A stretch of DNA of 64,000 nucleotides from contig RSEE01000011.1 of NCBI GenBank assembly GCA_003971905.1, positions 434,001 to 498,000 on the forward strand, read 5' to 3'. Positions 61,832 to 64,000 of this stretch are shown here, one piece after another. This stretch comes from Moniliella sp. 'wahieum'. Taxonomy: Eukaryota. Under the pieces are notes generated by a model. That model was given only the letters and a program-made list of their open reading frames with translations, searched no databases and was not told where the DNA came from. Positions within the stretch are counted from its first letter, which is position 1, and every line of letters starts with the position of its first letter. The translations under genes were made by a program, and so were the position numbers.

Positions 61832-63820
61832 ATGTCCGCCTCCATGTCCGTCTCCACGCCCGCCTCCATGCCGTCCGCTCCTCCTCCTTCCTCCCATCAG
61901 CCACAACTACCCCCTCCGCGACCCCCACCGCCGGGCGTTTTTACCCCCTCTGCTCCTCCCCCGCCCTCCTTTGCCCGTGCCCACTCCCCTCGCCGCTACA
62001 CGGCCATTCCCCCGCCGCACCCCCCACCTTCACACTCTGGCCCAGCTCCTTCTCCCCCTCTGCATGCTACTCTCCGCGCCCTCCATGTCGCTCTCCCTGG
62101 CGACGCTGCACCGTCTCACCCTGCTTCCGATTGGGTGCCCCTCACCCTTGCGTCCTCTCCCTCGGCCGTGTCGAAAAGAAATCCCATCGTCTTCTCGTCC
62201 GCCCTTTCTCCCCCCCCTGTGCTTCTTGGTCCGCCTGTCCCTCCCCCCGCCACACCCCCACCACCACCCAAGTCCAATCCATGGGCACGACCCAAGGCCT
62301 GGACCCAGCTCGATGCTGTGAAAAGCCGTCCTAGCCTGACCATCTACGAGGGTCCTGTGCCGGACTCCACCCCCGCACCCGCTCCCACGTCTGACTTCCC
62401 GAAGCCTCCTGGTGTGCCATCTGCCTCTGCAGCGGCGCTCGAAGCCGCATTAAACCACGCAGCCAGCAACCCGCTTGCTCCTCCCGTCCTCCCACGCGGG
62501 CTGATCAACACAGGCAACATGTGCTTCGCCAACAGCATTCTCCAAGCTCTGGTGCACTGCGCTCCATTTGCGAACCTGTTCCGTGCTAAGGAGCTACGCC
62601 AAGGCGCTTTTGCTCCCACACATCCTCTCGCTCTGTTCCCATCGCTTGGGAAGGAAGTGGAGCCGGCGGGCCCGGCCGCCGGGCAGCTGGTTCGTGCCAT
62701 GGTTGAATTTGTGGCCCAATTCCCCTTACCCAAATCCGAGCCCGCGCCAGAACCCTTTGTGCCGACCGGGGTGTACGATGCGATGGGTCAGAGCGGCCGA
62801 TCGGCGCTGCGAGCGATGCAATACGGCACCACGCAACACGATGCCGAGGAGTTCCTCAACCTCCTCCTCGATACCTTGCACGACGAACTTCTGTACGCCA
62901 CTTCATCCCAGTCCGAGGCACCGCTGGCTGGCGGGGTGCGTTCCCCGCCCTCTTCCTCGCCTGTCTCGGGCACCGAAAACGGATGGCAAGCTGTTACATC
63001 AAGCAAGGCCAAGCCTCCTCGCCCAGCCACAGGCAAACCAAGTCCGACGCCAGCTCAGGTTGCGCAGACGTTTGCGGCAGCCTACTTTTCGGTTGGCCAA
63101 TCCTCTTCGGGCCTGTCGGGGGTCAACGAGGCACTGTCTCCGATCATTCGTCTGTTTGGAGGCATGACGCGCTCTACTCTGCGGTACACCACGGTCGTTG
63201 GTACGCCCGGTGCGCGTGCGGGTGCAGGCCACACCCGCACGCGCGAAAGCGTGACGCGCGAAGCGTTCCTAACCCTGCCACTGCATATTGCGGACCCGCA
63301 TGTGGTGCGGGTGGAGGATGCACTGGCCCAGCTGGCACATGTGGAAGTCATGGGCACCACCTCCACAGCGACCGAGACGACGAGGATCACAAAGCAAGTG
63401 CAACTGGAGCAGTTGCCAGCTGTGCTGTTGGTCCAGCTGAAACGCTTCGTGTTTGATCCGGTGGTGGGCACACCGCAAAAGCTCGAAAAAGAAGTCCGCT
63501 TCGACCAGCACCTCTTCCTTCCGCCCGAAACGCTGGTAGGCGGAGCCAAAACCCAGTCCTTCTCCACCGGGCGCGCGTACCGGCTGTTTGCAGTGGTGTA
63601 CCACCACGGTACCCATGCCTCAGCAGGCCACTACACCGTCGACGTCCTCCGTCCGCGCTGGGAAGAGGAGGCAGAAGGCTGGGTGCACATTGACGACACG
63701 GTCCTGACGCCCATCCTGCCGGCGGCAGTGGTGGGCCGGGAAAACGAGCCGCCGGTCCGCGGCCACGACGGCACACCGTACCTGCTGCTGTACATGCGCG
63801 AGCCGGCGCGGGCTCGCTAA
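61832..63820 (+). CDS. UBP3: Ubiquitin-specific protease Ubp3/USP10 (peptidase C19)
   Basis: Cys box PRGLINTGNMCFANSILQAL, QHDAEEFL, QLKRF, His box VVYHHGTHASAGHYTVDV, WVHIDD, YLLLY. Pro-rich N-terminus; intact ORF. Confidence 0.93.
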   Translation: MSASMSVSTPASMPSAPPPSSHQPQLPPPRPPPPGVFTPSAPPPPSFARAHSPRRYTAIPPPHPPPSHSGPAPSPPLHATLRALHVALPGDAAPSHPASDWVPLTLASSPSAVSKRNPIVFSSALSPPPVLLGPPVPPPATPPPPPKSNPWARPKAWTQLDAVKSRPSLTIYEGPVPDSTPAPAPTSDFPKPPGVPSASAAALEAALNHAASNPLAPPVLPRGLINTGNMCFANSILQALVHCAPFANLFRAKELRQGAFAPTHPLALFPSLGKEVEPAGPAAGQLVRAMVEFVAQFPLPKSEPAPEPFVPTGVYDAMGQSGRSALRAMQYGTTQHDAEEFLNLLLDTLHDELLYATSSQSEAPLAGGVRSPPSSSPVSGTENGWQAVTSSKAKPPRPATGKPSPTPAQVAQTFAAAYFSVGQSSSGLSGVNEALSPIIRLFGGMTRSTLRYTTVVGTPGARAGAGHTRTRESVTREAFLTLPLHIADPHVVRVEDALAQLAHVEVMGTTSTATETTRITKQVQLEQLPAVLLVQLKRFVFDPVVGTPQKLEKEVRFDQHLFLPPETLVGGAKTQSFSTGRAYRLFAVVYHHGTHASAGHYTVDVLRPRWEEEAEGWVHIDDTVLTPILPAAVVGRENEPPVRGHDGTPYLLLYMREPARAR

Positions 63821-64000
63821 GCGTACGCACGGCGGGCCAGAGGAGCCGCTGGGTTACGCTCGTTTGCATGCATATGTTCTGCTAGCTGTATTGCCGACGA
63901 AGGACGACCTCATAGACCCAATCAGTCTCGATCCGTAGTAGTTCATTGGGTCCTACATGCCAAAACAACCCCTGCTGTTGGACCTTCGTTCTGCGGCCTC

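Overview
This is eukaryotic, GC-rich, gene-dense DNA with short GT-AG introns and CTAAC-type branch points. It is most consistent with a basidiomycete fungus, probably Ustilaginomycotina (inference). Nearly every gene, including housekeeping genes, is broken by small indels, so the assembly is probably error-prone and gene ends are approximate. Recognisable loci in order: SPF27/BCAS2 (cut by the left edge), a LYRM2-like protein, a large orphan gene, SEC22, a Pil1-like BAR protein, a forkhead TF, HEM1, CDS1, a C2H2+Zn2Cys6 TF, a K/E/P-rich repeat protein, a JEN1-like MFS transporter, two tandem homeobox paralogs, a VHC1-like cation-chloride cotransporter, an AlcR-like Zn2Cys6 TF, an intron-containing tRNA-Arg(CCG), a PNRC/Edc1-motif protein, GGTase-I beta, DUF4112, RPL31, an internally deleted SUA5, a SUZ-domain protein and UBP3. 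Three things stand out. (1) A head-to-tail pair of HD2/bW-like homeodomain genes shares an intron position and an N-terminal domain, has non-canonical helix 3 (WYQNKR, WLQNQR), no visible HD1 partner, and possibly a third paralog lacking a homeodomain. (2) SUA5 lacks its whole YrdC catalytic domain. (3) Intergenic DNA carries tandem 7-mers built on 6-bp palindromes. All family assignments are from motif recognition by eye; no searches were run.
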